Shown one piece after another: positions 51,683-64,000 of a stretch of 64,000 nt of DNA. Source of the stretch: Tubiluchus corallicola (Eukaryota > Animalia > Priapulida); assembly GCA_030141605.1 (NCBI GenBank), contig JAQGDQ010001047.1:1-64000 (forward strand), given 5' to 3'. The stretch's first letter is position 1. The number at the start of each line of letters is the position of its first letter. The notes below the pieces were generated by a model. The model searched no databases. It was not told where the DNA came from and saw only the letters and a program-made list of their open reading frames with translations. A program made the translations under genes and the position numbers.

Positions 51683-52462
51683 AATAGTTAATTCCTTGTT
51701 AGTTAGTTAGAAATGGATATATCAAAAACGTATTACTAATTTTAGAACATCGTTAACTTACTCATTGACCCTTATCGTTAATAGAGATTAATCGTTAAGT
51801 GTCCATGCCTTGCTGTATCACAATTTTTGATTGTGGAACAGCTGCTTCTTTACCTGTAAAAACTAGGGGTGACCATCGAACAATTCATTTGTATAGTATA
51901 GTAAAATGTATAGTATATTGTAAAAGTGTAGAATCAAATAATTCAGCACTTCAACTACAAAGGTTCTTTATCATTAAAAGTCACAATCAGTGCAGTTTAA
52001 CTGTGATTTCTGTGCTCAAGTTTGAAACAAATTATTGGTGTTTTTAGTGCAAAATGAAATCAAGAATTTTGTTGGTGTTTTTAGTGCAGAATAAGCGCAG
52101 AGCAATATGTACGAATTTCTATTTTTTTATTGATGATTCGAAAATTTGTTTGAAAATCTTCGAAATTAAATTCGATTCGGACTCGAAACCCCGAAATTCG
52201 GTTTGATTTGAATTCAAAAGTTACGCGCTCATCTCTAGTGAAGCTATTTCATGTGAAAGCACCTTATTGTGTATTTCATGTATTTGTAGTGAATGTCTGT
52301 CAGAGTGAAAATTAGTCAAAGTATAACTTCCTTCATTTATAACTATAGCAGGTTGGTGCCTTTGTATATACGATTTAAAATGTTCCCATGTTTAGACATA
52401 AATTATTGTTCTTAGTCTCAAGCAATAAATAGTTTATTGTAAAGTATATCTGCGGTTCTTTG

Positions 52463-52897
52463 TGTTGTGTTTTGTTTCTTTCGGAAGGCTCGTACAGAAA
52501 ACCAGAAAACAGTTCATCAAATTAAACTAGTTTATTAAGCGAGAATTCTACAACACAAAAGTATGAAGGAACACGAAATGATTACAGTAAACGTGAAAAT
52601 CTGGAAAACGCTTGAGTGTATCTGAAAATACAAGTATACAAGAGAATGTGTAATTGGCGTCCGTGTGAATCTGCGTGAGTCTCAGCGGCCTGCTTCGCCT
52701 TATATAGCGTCCCCGAGAAGCTTCTATAAGTTTTGTTCCAGAACATTCTACAAGGTAAGACGATTATTCTAACGGAACATTCTACAAAGTAACACGATTA
52801 TTCTAATGGAACATTCTACAAGGTAAGACGATTATTCTAACGGAACATTCTACAATGTTCTAATTAATTCTAATAGATGCCAGCGATCTCCACAACA
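52463..52897 (-). mobile_element. Solo LTR, 435 bp
   Basis: TGTTGTG...CACAACA termini; perfect 5-bp TSD CTTTG (52458-52462 and 52898-52902); minus-strand TATATAA (about 52700-52706) and AATAAA (about 52532-52537); internal 34-bp tandem repeat about 3.5x. Confidence 0.88.
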
Positions 52898-55506
52898 CTT
52901 TGTCTTTAGAATTTTTTCGGAACTTCATTACAAAAACTACCTCTGACTAAGAAGATGGTAGAGGTTGTGAGCATAGGATATTAATACAAGTGCAAACACT
53001 ATATTATTAGTAAATTTAGTTTTTTGTTTTGATCTCGTACCTTCATCTGCCTTCCTGAATTTTGATTTACATGGAAAATAAAAACATAAATTGATGAGAC
53101 GTTCTGCTTAATCTCTACATTGCCGGGCCATAATTAACTTTTTTCGCTTCACTCTCTTTCATTTTTTGTCTATCACTTTCTCTTCCTTTTCCTCTTTCAC
53201 TCATACTCTCTTTTTCTTTGTTCTTTGTCTCTTCTTCTCCACCTGCAAACTGTCACTGTTTCGACCTGTGTACCAAACTTTTTCCTGTCCACTTTTTCTC
53301 GTTTTTCTCAACCATTCTGTCTTCCTTCCTCCTCTTCTTGACTCCCGCCTCTCTTATCTTCAGTTCCTTTTCTCTTTGCTATTTAGTGAACAAACACTTT
53401 TTCAGTCACGTTTGTTTTTTAATTGCATCTTTTTCTTTCTCACCCCACGTTTCTCTCACTCTATCTTCCCCTGCTCTCTCAAATTACCTCTTTCTTTCTC
53501 AGTCGTTCTCTACTTACAACCTGCCAATGTGTCAACCTGTCTTCTAAACTGTAAGATAAGATAAGGTAATATTTATTTTCATCGGTATGATATAAAACAG
53601 TACATATTTGTAAAACATGAGCTTAAAGCTCGTAAACTGATACCAAACATAATGTATATGAGTGATAACATGGTAATAATATGTACTTCTTAAAATCTTT
53701 TGGATGCCACCAGAGGCACTGGTACAAGAAAAATTTAGAACTACATGAAGACAGTAAAAAATTGAGACAGTAAAAATTTTAGGCAGCAACATTCTCTAAA
53801 ATTTACACAAAAAGCTATCTAGGTCAATAAAAATTTTCCTGCCAACATTTCAGCATTTAACTATGACTTAACAAAATAGGGAAGTTCGCTGAATTTACAA
53901 ATGGCACATTTACATGATGCACCAGTCCATGAGTTAATTAGACGTTTAAATTCCGCAACATTTTCGGCCATTCGGAGACAGTTTGGTAATTAAACTGTTT
54001 TCTGTTTACTCTCTTTCTTGCTTTTGTCTGCTGCTCTCTCTTTCATCTCTCACTCATACTTTCTTCTGAGTTCCACCTTTATTTGCAAACTGTCGATCAA
54101 ATATTCTCTCTCGTTTTTTGTTTTTTTTACTTTTTTGTTCTTTTTTCTCTCTCACCCTCCCTGTTTTTTACTCTCTTCTCTTTTCTTCATTCTCTCGCTC
54201 TCTTTCTCAGATCTTCTCTTTTGGCAAACACTCTGTACAAACCGAACCACGCAGTTCTTAATCCGCTTCACGAACTAATTTTTTATATGGGAAATTGTAA
54301 AATTTTGCCTCCAGGATACACGTGGGCGAACTTTTTCGTATAAGTCCTAAGTAGTAGAGAACTTCGTCACAAGATGGCGCCACTAGTAGCCGCGCATTTC
54401 ACAATGTTCGGCGTAGTGCGTGAAGCCAACACAATTACTGACTGCTATCACTTTAGCTTTGCTATTTCGTCTATGGTAGGTATTCTATTCTGGATAACAT
54501 TACTAAAGGGTTGAACTGACAAAATGACCCCCCCCCCCTCCCCGACGGTCCATTGATCAATCTTGCTCGTTTCCACATACTGTTTAAGCAGCCAACTTCT
54601 TCGTTAGTCTTTTAGCAAAACATGGATCAGGATAGTTGTTGTTATTAGGCTTGTAATCCTAAGATAAACCTAACGTAAAAACCGGCCTAAGCAAGTAAAA
54701 AACTGCAATAATAGTGTCGCTGGACAAATGGGTCAAGCACCAAATGACCAATGAGCCGAAGAACCAACAAATTTGGACAACATTGATGTATTCTCAATAG
54801 TTAAAAAGTTAGAATTTGGGAAGATTTTTTTTCATAAATAATCCACTGTATAATATATTTCGTTAAACTTTTATTTAAAAAATCCAACGTTTTTATTGCA
54901 CACTAGGCAGTAACGAAGTAACGTGCAGTAGATACGTCGGATTTTTCTAATGAAAATTTAGTGAAATTTATCCTTACATTGTGTACGAAACGGATATTGT
55001 TCTTTTATTATCATTTATTACGTACTAGTAGCATTAGTATATTAAATTATTATTTATACTATTTAAATTAAAAAGAATCTAAACTTTATTTAGGAAGACT
55101 GTTTGTCGTTGCTTTCTTTACCTACCAACAGGTGGCGCAGAAAAAACCTGCCAAAGTTTTCATCACTACATTATACAAAGAAAAATGAAATCGTGTGAAA
55201 TTTACTGCAATGATGTTACAGACGCTTGTGTACAAACACTAGAAATTTCAGCTCATTCCCTTAGATATTCCCAAAGTTTTACAGAACTACTGAACAGCAA
55301 GGAAAAAATAAATGCCTGGAAAAAGATTTGAGTCAGTGTTAAAATTTACAGCAAGTGCTCTGTGTGTGTCCACCTTTTCACTCTGCTAACTAGACGAAGG
55401 CATTCCTCCCAACAACTGACACAGTTTATTACTAATTGGGGGGGGGGGGGGGTATTTGGTCTCAGTCTTCAAATTTTTGCCTTTACCTCTACGGAAGGTT
55501 TAGTAT

Positions 55507-55751
55507 ACCACGGTTTTGACTAGTGGTAACGCGCCCGCTTTCCGTCTGGGAGGTCATGAGTTCGATACAGCGGCCGGGTCATACCAATGGTACCTGCTGT
55601 TGCCCTGCCTGGCGCGTGGTATTTAGGGTAAAAGTGGAATAATAATACTGTTATTCAGTTGTAGATTACATATTTACAGTTGACCCAAAAACTCTTTGGA
55701 GCTAATGTTAATTGTTGATCCAAACCCCGACTTTAAATAAAGATTATTATT
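55507..55751 (+). mobile_element. tRNA-derived SINE, copy 3
   Basis: Same family as the copies at 6114 and 24700. Confidence 0.85.
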
Positions 55752-55955
55752 AAATTATTGATTATTATATTATACTGGACTGAATTCGACTCAGGGGGTC
55801 GAACTCTAAGATGGCATGGCGGTCTTGATATTGCGCACAATGAAGATCCATTTTACTATCGTTGTGTAACTGATTACTTAACTACAATTGTTAATTTTAA
55901 TTACAAATGTTATCTCATTAACTAAATCAATGTGTGTAAACTAATACCATATACC

Positions 55956-56298
55956 TGTTATAGCATGTCATTTAACTCTCATAAAATAAAATGCACAAAA
56001 ATTACGCTGTACGAAGTTTATTATCAGCACTAATAAAAATAGGGAACCAAAATACAGACACACAAAGAAATAACTAACTAACTCAGTAACAACACTACAC
56101 CCGAGGAGCACCTGTGTCAGAAATCAAGGCTGTAGTGACCTCTACATGTTTGTTTTTATACTGGCATTCCAGGTCAGCTGGCTTCTCACACCACGTGTAG
56201 GCCCAAACAAGACGTCTGGACCTACAAGAAATGGGTGAGTCGCTGCTGACGTGGAAGCAGGGCGTGACACCTGACCCGACACAGGTGCCTCCGTAACA
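55956..56298 (-). mobile_element. Probable solo LTR, 343 bp
   Basis: Minus strand TGTTACGG...TATAACA with TATAAAAA and AATAAA in LTR order; no clean TSD. Confidence 0.5.
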
Positions 56299-57204
56299 AT
56301 ATTATGTCAAACGGCGTTGTACTGCACGACAAATGTGCATTTCCTTTAGAAATTTAAGGTACCTTAGTTCATAGGGTTTAATTAGATTTTTTCTTGACAA
56401 CAAATTTTTATCGGTACGTTATTTTCTGTAGTAAAGACAACGATCTAAGCTGTCTAATTTGCTGCCGTGTATGGAGTGCTTTAAGCATGTCAAAATGGTC
56501 ATTTTTCAATTGATGATTATCTCACATTGTTCCGGCATTAAACTTTTTAACGTGCAAAAGTTTCTCGTTCATAATTTAAAAACTACGAAAGCTAATAAAC
56601 TGCAGTATCACGTTGCGAAATGACAACTTTATAGGACACTCGCTGCTAATGTAATTGCAGTCTAAACGTTGGTACGTTTTTTCTGTTCCACCCGATTTAT
56701 CTTTCTTCTCTGTTAACTTCAAGCTGTTAATGGTATTTATCTGTTTGACTATTACGACAGGTGCACAGACTGAGGTGTCTTTCAACTCAGCTAAAATCCA
56801 TCCGCGGGACGATTGCACTATTTTACGGCCCGGTAACCCCGACTCGTAAATTTCAGTTCCTTATGAATATTAATTCCTTATTGTTATTATTGTTATTAGT
56901 CGTCTATATAAAGTTTCATATTTATTGAAAATTTGCTAAATAACATAGTTTACTGCAGGAAGTTCAGGAAGTATTGATATTATAGCTTTTGTATCCAAAA
57001 ACACAAGCTAAATAAATACACATAATATGTTGTGTAATACGTTCAAATTTGCGCCAAACTTACTAGACTGTATCTAATTTTTTTATTCTAATACGAGGAA
57101 GCCACAACACTATCCATTCAACAATAATCAATAATGCGCGCATTTTCCGCGTAGTGTTGCTAAGAACGCAATTTGCAATTATTAGTTACTAATAATTTTC
57201 CTCA

Positions 57205-57735
57205 AATGTACAAAAGATCCTAAAATATGCAATTATCAGTTTAGTTTTCTGCACAGACAATTATGAGTTTAGTGTTCTGCACAGACAATTATCAGTTTAG
57301 TGTTCTGCACAGAATACTACCCACAAAACATTTCCTATTCAAAATCAATAAAGTTGATTCTGACACCTGTAATTTTTGCAATTCGGAAACAGAAACTATA
57401 TTACATATTCTCCCGGATTTTAATAAAGTAAAACTCATATGGGAACATTTCAAACAAAATGGTGGGTCAAAGTAAAAGTAATGAAGTAGAAATTGATAAG
57501 TCTGTTGTAATTTTTGGAAAGTTTTCGCGTAAAAAATTCCTATGTTTAAATAAGCCCATTTTAATAGTAAAATATTATATTTGGTGTACTCGAAGCAAAT
57601 TGCAAACACTGAATATTAATCATGCAATGAGCTGGATTAAATATTATGTATAAGGTGGAGAAATATGCAGGTGCCAACCTTGGGATGCTAGAAAAAGTTG
57701 AAGATATTTGGTTACCTGTGAAACACACATTCTAA
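57205..57735 (+). mobile_element. L1/Tx1-type LINE ORF2 C-terminal (zf-RVT) remnant, frameshifted
   Basis: KCTKDPKICNYQF..LHRILPTKHFLFKINKVDSDTCNFCNSETETILH..; LIVKYYIWCTR. Confidence 0.8.
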
Positions 57736-58083
57736 TGATTTACTGACTAAATGATAATTGTCAGTGTGTTGTTAATGCGATTACTGATCAAACTAATTAC
57801 ATTCACTGACAGTCAAAAAAAACTAATAATTTTCCTCTAACAAAATAGATTGTACATATGATTTCACCAAAAGTATGATTATGCTACCACTTCAGCATGC
57901 ATGTACACCTATGACACTGATGATCTACATTTTAAACCCGCCTATGGAAATTTTATAGTGCTAACACATTTTTATAGCTAGCAGTCATGACACGGTTGTT
58001 GCTCAGAAACTCTTTATGTAGCGTTCTTCATTTAATAAATTGAACTTTATGATATACAGATATATATAGTACAGTAGTATATG

Positions 58084-58084
<1 letters not shown>

Positions 58085-58157
<73 letters not shown>

Positions 58158-58160
58158 ATC
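58085..58160. repeat. (TATC)n microsatellite
   Basis: Directly visible. Confidence 0.97.
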
Positions 58161-59758
58161 TATATCTATATAGAATATATAGATATGTATATATATAGAA
58201 AAAGAATTCTTTCACTACTGTACGAATAACTAACAATGATTTTAAATAGGTTTAAATTCTAATTTGGGCAGAATAGGTGATCTACTTCTCTTAAATCTGT
58301 AGTCATTCGTAGCTTTCCAAACAGTGTGCGAAATATCCGATATAAAAAAATTTGGCTTGTGTTAAATACATAATTAGTGCATAATGTCGTGTTCTGTTGG
58401 CTCTGCCTATATAAACTGATTGTACGTTTGTAAAAATTTACCACTGATGATGACAACATTAGCTCTGTCAAAACGTTTGACATGTTTTTTTAACTATATA
58501 AATTAAAAGTTTAAATAAAGTTGTAGTTTTTTAACTATAAATGTTTTTAAGTGCCTGTAATAAAAAATTCATTCAAGTACTTTTTACACCTCGAAAATCG
58601 AAACACGCGAAGAACTACAGAAAGTTTTAAAATCATAACACTGACCGCCATGTGGAGCTACTAAGCGAAGAGAACTATTTCCTATATTATGTTCGTAGGT
58701 ATACTGTATATACTGTACTGTACTATATACTGTATATACTTGTATACTGTAGATACTGTACTTATTTTATCAAAAACCATTTTGCCTTTTTGTCTTTTGC
58801 CATTTATGTTTTCTTTTTCCATAAACTCGATGTTAGTACGTAGTGCAATCAAAGGCTGAAATTTGAAGAAAAATTTGAAAAGGGGAGAAGCACTGAACGT
58901 CCGAGGTTCCTAACTCTTTCTTTAGTAACCAAAACCGAAAAAGTTTGAATAAAAAGAACACGTATTTATATGTAGACTACTGTACTTACTTGTGTTTAAT
59001 AATTGCCAAAAAACGAACGATTAATTCTAATGCTAACATATGTATTTTACATATTTACATACACAAAGCAATAGTGAAAACAAACAAACAATACTAAACA
59101 GTGCAATTATCTATGTAAACTAAACAACATAATAATCTATAATTAAGCCGTGTAAACGGGGGTAATGTGAACGTGCTCTAAGACACAGTATCTACACATT
59201 ACCAATGAGTTAGTTTGCCAGAAGGCTTTTATAGCGTTTGATATTCATAATATCTTTAAAATAGGTTAGGTACAAGTTTGAGATCACGTGTGCAAGGTCA
59301 AAGCGACCCATGAATGGCGGCTTCAGCAAGTGTTTGAAATCACGACTATTTTACACTTGCAACAGTCCGCGAGAGACTATGGCTTTTTTAACACTGAACG
59401 CTGCGCATAGTAAGTACATTTCCATGTAGATAAAACACGGTTTAGACGTGACAAAATAACTGTTAAAAGTGCACGTGCTTGTAACACAAATATAGGAAAA
59501 AAGAAATTTTTAAAAAGTCTATCCTAAAGAACTTTCCACACAAAAATATATTACTTAGCACTACGGTTACCTGTTTGAGAGACTTATGTAACTGAAAAAG
59601 AAAAGTTTTAATAATTTAAAACCTGGTAAAACGTCTCTGCATCACCATCCCAGGGTGCACCAGTGTCTCACAAAAACACACTATTGTTCTTATTGAGAAT
59701 ATAAAATAATCTAAACTTTTGCTCAGTTAGTGAAGAGTATACATATTTACACGTATAT

Positions 59759-60180
59759 ACATAATAATCTTTATTTGCCATTGAAATACATTGATAATCA
59801 CTGATAAAAGCTTTACAGAGATGATGAATCAGTGTTAGTTAATAAAAACTTACACTGCTAAAGGCAAATGCGTCAGTGCAATCTGAACTACTGTGCAGTA
59901 ATGGAAAGTAACGACGAATAAAATCAAACGTATTTACAACTATGCACAAAAAATGAAAAAATTATGATTTAATTAATATGGCCGTGGATATATAAATTCT
60001 GAATTAGTGTGTATGTTGTCGTACTGGTGTGATGGTATTTCATATCTGGTTAATATTAGTGATTTTAATTTTGTTTTAAATGCTGATAGGGACTTGATTT
60101 GTTTAACCTGTAATGGTAGAGAATTCCAAAGTAGAATTGCTTGTTTGATTACAAAGTTCGTTACAAATTCTGCGATTATT
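59759..60180 (-). mobile_element. CR1/L2-like LINE 3' end
   Basis: Minus translation NFVIKQAILLWNSLPLQVKQIKSLSAFKTKLKSLIL..., followed by a 3'UTR matching 553-840. Confidence 0.8.
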
Positions 60181-62203
60181 TTTTCAAACTTTACACAATG
60201 TTATATAATATAGAATTTTTTAAGCTTTATTTATGAAGAGAGTAAAGCTACTTATTAAAGGCTCTTAAAGGTTCTGACAAAAACAGACAAGACAAAATTC
60301 GTCATTTTTACCATTAGGTCTGAAGTGGAATGATCTTGCTGTACATCTACCGACAAAATTTGATGTAATTTGTTTAGACTAATTGCCCAACCAGCCCATG
60401 ACCGCACAACACGATGTTGGATCAGCACCGTATTGTGAAGGTTTATTATTTTTCAGTTTACAACAAGATTGAAATTGGTTTAGACCGTATTTTCCCAACA
60501 AGCCACACTGAAAAGAGGGCTTTACATTTAGTCGAGCTCCATTTCGAAATCTTTTCAAAACTAGTCCGCGACAATACCGGTGGATTTTACATTTTCTTTC
60601 AACTCTTGTTTGCGGTTTACTATTTGTCCAAATATACTCTGTAGAGCATTATATAGGAAAGCAGAGCACAACAATAAAATGCTTTAACCCTTTAGCGCGC
60701 TCAGTCTAGCAATGCCAAGTCATTTTACGTCCCTTTTCCTGCTTTTTTTACTAACCAGTTTTTCAGATAAAATGCATTAAAACTGCGGACGGCGTCTGCG
60801 AACCATTCTTGTTTGCGTTCTATGTACTATATGAGTGTTCTCCAGCTCTGTATTTGTCATGTGCTTTATTACCCGCAAACCCCGCAGGGATCCCATCTTA
60901 ACTCATTCACTTCGGGACGCTGCCAAATTCTGTCCGTTGTGGAATGACCCATTTTAACTTCAGATGCTTTTAAAAAAGTATAAGAGCGCGCTGGCATTGT
61001 GTATTCGTGAAGGTGCATTTTCTGGTTTTAAACAGCGTGAAATGCGTGTCGGCAGAAGAATAGAGTACAAAATAATACTCGATTACTTCTTAACGGGTTC
61101 CTCATACTTGAAGTACAACTTTTTCTACATAAATTATGCTAATTAATATAATTGTGGATAAAATAATTACGACGAGAATATGCAAAAACTGTAAAAACGT
61201 ATACAAGATTATTTTGTAGACCTATTACGACGTTTTTTATTCAGCAAAGAAGTTAAATTTTTGAATTTTGAATTTAAACTTTTACTTCAGGTTTTCTTCC
61301 ATACAAAACAGTAGTTAAAAACGTACAGAATAAACGATAAAATGTTATACAAAAATAGTGAAACACACTATTATATACAACTCATTCCATCACGCCTTTC
61401 CGGACGTTTAATTCACATTTGCATTATATACAATAAAGCATCAGTAATTGAAAATCAACGCTAAAAGCGTGCATATGTATATATATATATAACTAAATCT
61501 CAACAAAAAAAGTTATACTAAAAGTTAGTTATGCTAGCTTAGTTACACACCTACGTTCATGGTTTCATATCCTCAGCAACAAAGTAGTACATCTTTTACA
61601 TAGGCTGTTTTTAACTCAATAAATACATTTTCGATTCGCGAATTGTAGTGTCATAATGACGCACGTTAAGCTGCACAAACATAAACAAATTTTGCGTTTA
61701 TTCAATTAATCAGTATCTCATTGGGTTGGTTTTAATTACTAACTAACAAACAGCTTGGTCATACCACATAAAAACATTTTCTGCAGCGAACCTGTGTTTA
61801 AATTAATGAAACAATAAAAAATACGATTAATTTTGTACATTAATTAATTACTTTAATTGCTAATTTTATCTTCACTGCTTATTATAAAGTTGTTGGCTAC
61901 TATTAGGTTGTTTAGTTTATACTACCGGTTAGTAGAAGTAATTTTTAGATGTATTCGTAACTAATTCTAGTGGCCTACCATAAGCTAGTTCTTAGGTCTC
62001 TAGCGCAGAATTCATGAATTGTATCACAATTTTGTATTAACAAAACCTGATTATCGTGCACATGTAATGTAATGTATATGTATATGTTTATTGTGAAATA
62101 AATCTATTAAAATCTAAAAAAAATCTAAAAAAAATCTATAAGTTCAGACAACAAGGACCTAATAAATCCTTGACAAACGCATGTCACTTTAGATAGTTTG
62201 GTC

Positions 62204-62575
62204 ACTCTCATTGTTTGGCTCTGTAAAAAATACGAAAACATTCTTAGCTGTAAAGAAAGTCGAATAAAACAAACTGGTAGGAACTGAGAAACCAATCTTT
62301 AATCTGAAATTATTAAATTTGAATCGAAATCGAATCGCATTTTATAATAATTTTTGGATACGAATCTAAACCGAGTCACATTTTAGAATAATTTTCGAAT
62401 CCGAATCTCGGTGTAAAATAATTTTTAATTCGGATCAAATCCGAATCTCAATTTAAAATAGTTTTTGAAACACAATCGAATTTGAATCGCGTTCTGCTAA
62501 AGTAATACAAGAAACTTTAACATTTTTGTTGAAACTAACAGTAAAAATCGTAATGTGATACTACGCGTAATGCGA
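62204..62575 (-). repeat. Dispersed duplicate of the UBE2C intron 4 end plus the first 17 nt of exon 5 (source about 34781-35140)
   Basis: actctcattgtttggctctgtaaaaa.tacgaaaacattcttagct... colinear with 34781 onward, same orientation. Confidence 0.9.
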
Positions 62576-63603
62576 GTGATTTTTAGAATAATTTTCGAAT
62601 CAGAAAATCAAAATGGAATTCGAGAAGAAAAGGCGCTTTAGAAATCACGACTCGCCACTTTTATTGTTCTGATATATCTGGATATCTGACGTTGCAATCG
62701 ATATAATTACATTATAAACTTTATAATAGCGGATAATTCACTGTGGAATTGCCTGAATGCGCGTAGTAGATTTCTATCTTTGGTTCAGTGTATTTGTAAC
62801 ATCAGAAATGATTTAACTTGTTAAACCCTGACAACAATAATACGTTATACTAGCAGTCGTGCATGACTGTCCATAGGCGTGATATTCGGAGGAAAATCAG
62901 TGGTTTTGGGGAGGTGAGAGGATTTAATTTGGAATTAGGCAGCGAACGAAATTCGTCAGTCAAAACTTAAAGCAAAGAAAAGATAGTTTTACGCTAACAC
63001 GTGCACGATACAAATCCGTATAAGAAATTAAAACTTTGGGCAAACAAATAGAACTAATTAGTATTTAGCTGATTAGCAATGACGTCAAAAGTAGGTAACA
63101 TTTTAAACGCGCAGGCGTACGGGAGGAAGTTTCAGAAGGGGGCAGAACAAATTTACCCTGAAATTTTTCTAAATTGTCCTAGTTTGAGTGATTTTCATAT
63201 ATAGACATATATTTTCGTCTATAGACTGACAAAAGTATCTAAACACAAATTATTTTCACTTATAGGTCTATAATGCCTATGCTTATTTGTATTTATACGT
63301 ATTTTTATTCAATGTGTCAGGAAATGACAGTCTCGCTATGAACAAAAGTAATCAAAACTACATGTAAATGTTTCATTATAAACTGTTTCTTTAAAGTTCT
63401 TTAAAGTTTTTATAAACACGCGAACTTTCTATAACTTTGTCACTGCATGATAGGCATGTACTTAAGAAAAGTATACAAAAGACTTCCGAGGCTTGCAATT
63501 GAAATTTACAGCAGACACTAATACTAATTTTAAAATTTTTAAAAGTTTAAAACAATTTCCAAAATTGCTCCGAATATTTTACGACATGTTATTTCGATAA
63601 ACT

Positions 63604-63731
63604 CGCGTGCTTGACTAAAGAACCAGCGGTCCCATTTTTCACGTCTTTGGTATGCTTCAGTCGGGAGTTGAACCCACGACCTCCCGCGTGGTAAGCAAGC
63701 ACGCTACCATTGAGCTACGCCACACGGCGGT
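63604..63731 (-). mobile_element. Second tRNA-derived SINE family, truncated
   Basis: Minus strand TGGCGTAGCTCAATGG...GGTTCAACTCCC followed by CATACCAAAGACGTGAAAAATGGGACC, a core related to the other SINE family. Confidence 0.75.
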
Positions 63732-64000
63732 TTAACTGCAGCCAGTAAAAACGTAACGCAGTGCGTAAGCAATTTTTAAATATTGAAATATCAAATTTTA
63801 AAAATTTGAAACAGAATTATTTGTCGTAAAAATAATCAGCTTTTGCCCTGAAAATGTTAAAGTCAAGATTTGAATATATTAAGACATATTACAGATGTAG
63901 ACTGACTGATAATGCTGCACAAATGCAGACGACATTAATTTAACATTAAACAAAGCTGACTGACACACAACATTAATATAGACTACATTAACATTGTTGA

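Noticed and set aside
53140-54250. Hydrophobic Phe/Leu/Ser-rich ORFs resembling membrane proteins
   Set aside because: They arise from CT-rich low-complexity sequence in two related blocks, with no recognisable family or splice structure.

Overview
AT-rich, intron-rich animal (probably invertebrate bilaterian) nuclear DNA, not prokaryotic. Four complete spliced housekeeping genes could be rebuilt by hand from splice sites and translation, arranged as two head-to-head pairs. Pair 1: V-ATPase V0 subunit d (ATP6V0D, minus, 8 exons, 17634->7115, 348 aa) and S-adenosylhomocysteine hydrolase (AHCY, plus, 9 exons, 17872->30554, 433 aa), with only 237 bp between the ATGs. Pair 2: UBE2C/UbcH10 (minus, 5 exons, 39037->34682, 179 aa) and gamma-SNAP (NAPG, plus, 10 exons, 39758->50530, 310 aa), with 720 bp between the ATGs. 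Introns and intergenic DNA hold MITEs (hAT-, Tc1/pogo-, Kolobok- and piggyBac-like), tRNA-derived SINEs, CR1/L2 and L1-type LINE 3' ends, solo LTRs, microsatellites and three unrelated 45-48 bp minisatellites. The most notable observations are: a 47-bp array amplifying the AHCY exon 8 splice donor about 29 times; a GC-AG intron in AHCY; a U12 intron followed by an 18-nt microexon in NAPG; a candidate poison exon in UBE2C; a MITE flanked by a 71-bp duplication; and a dispersed copy of the UBE2C last-exon acceptor. I found no CRISPR array and no new protein-coding system that I can support.
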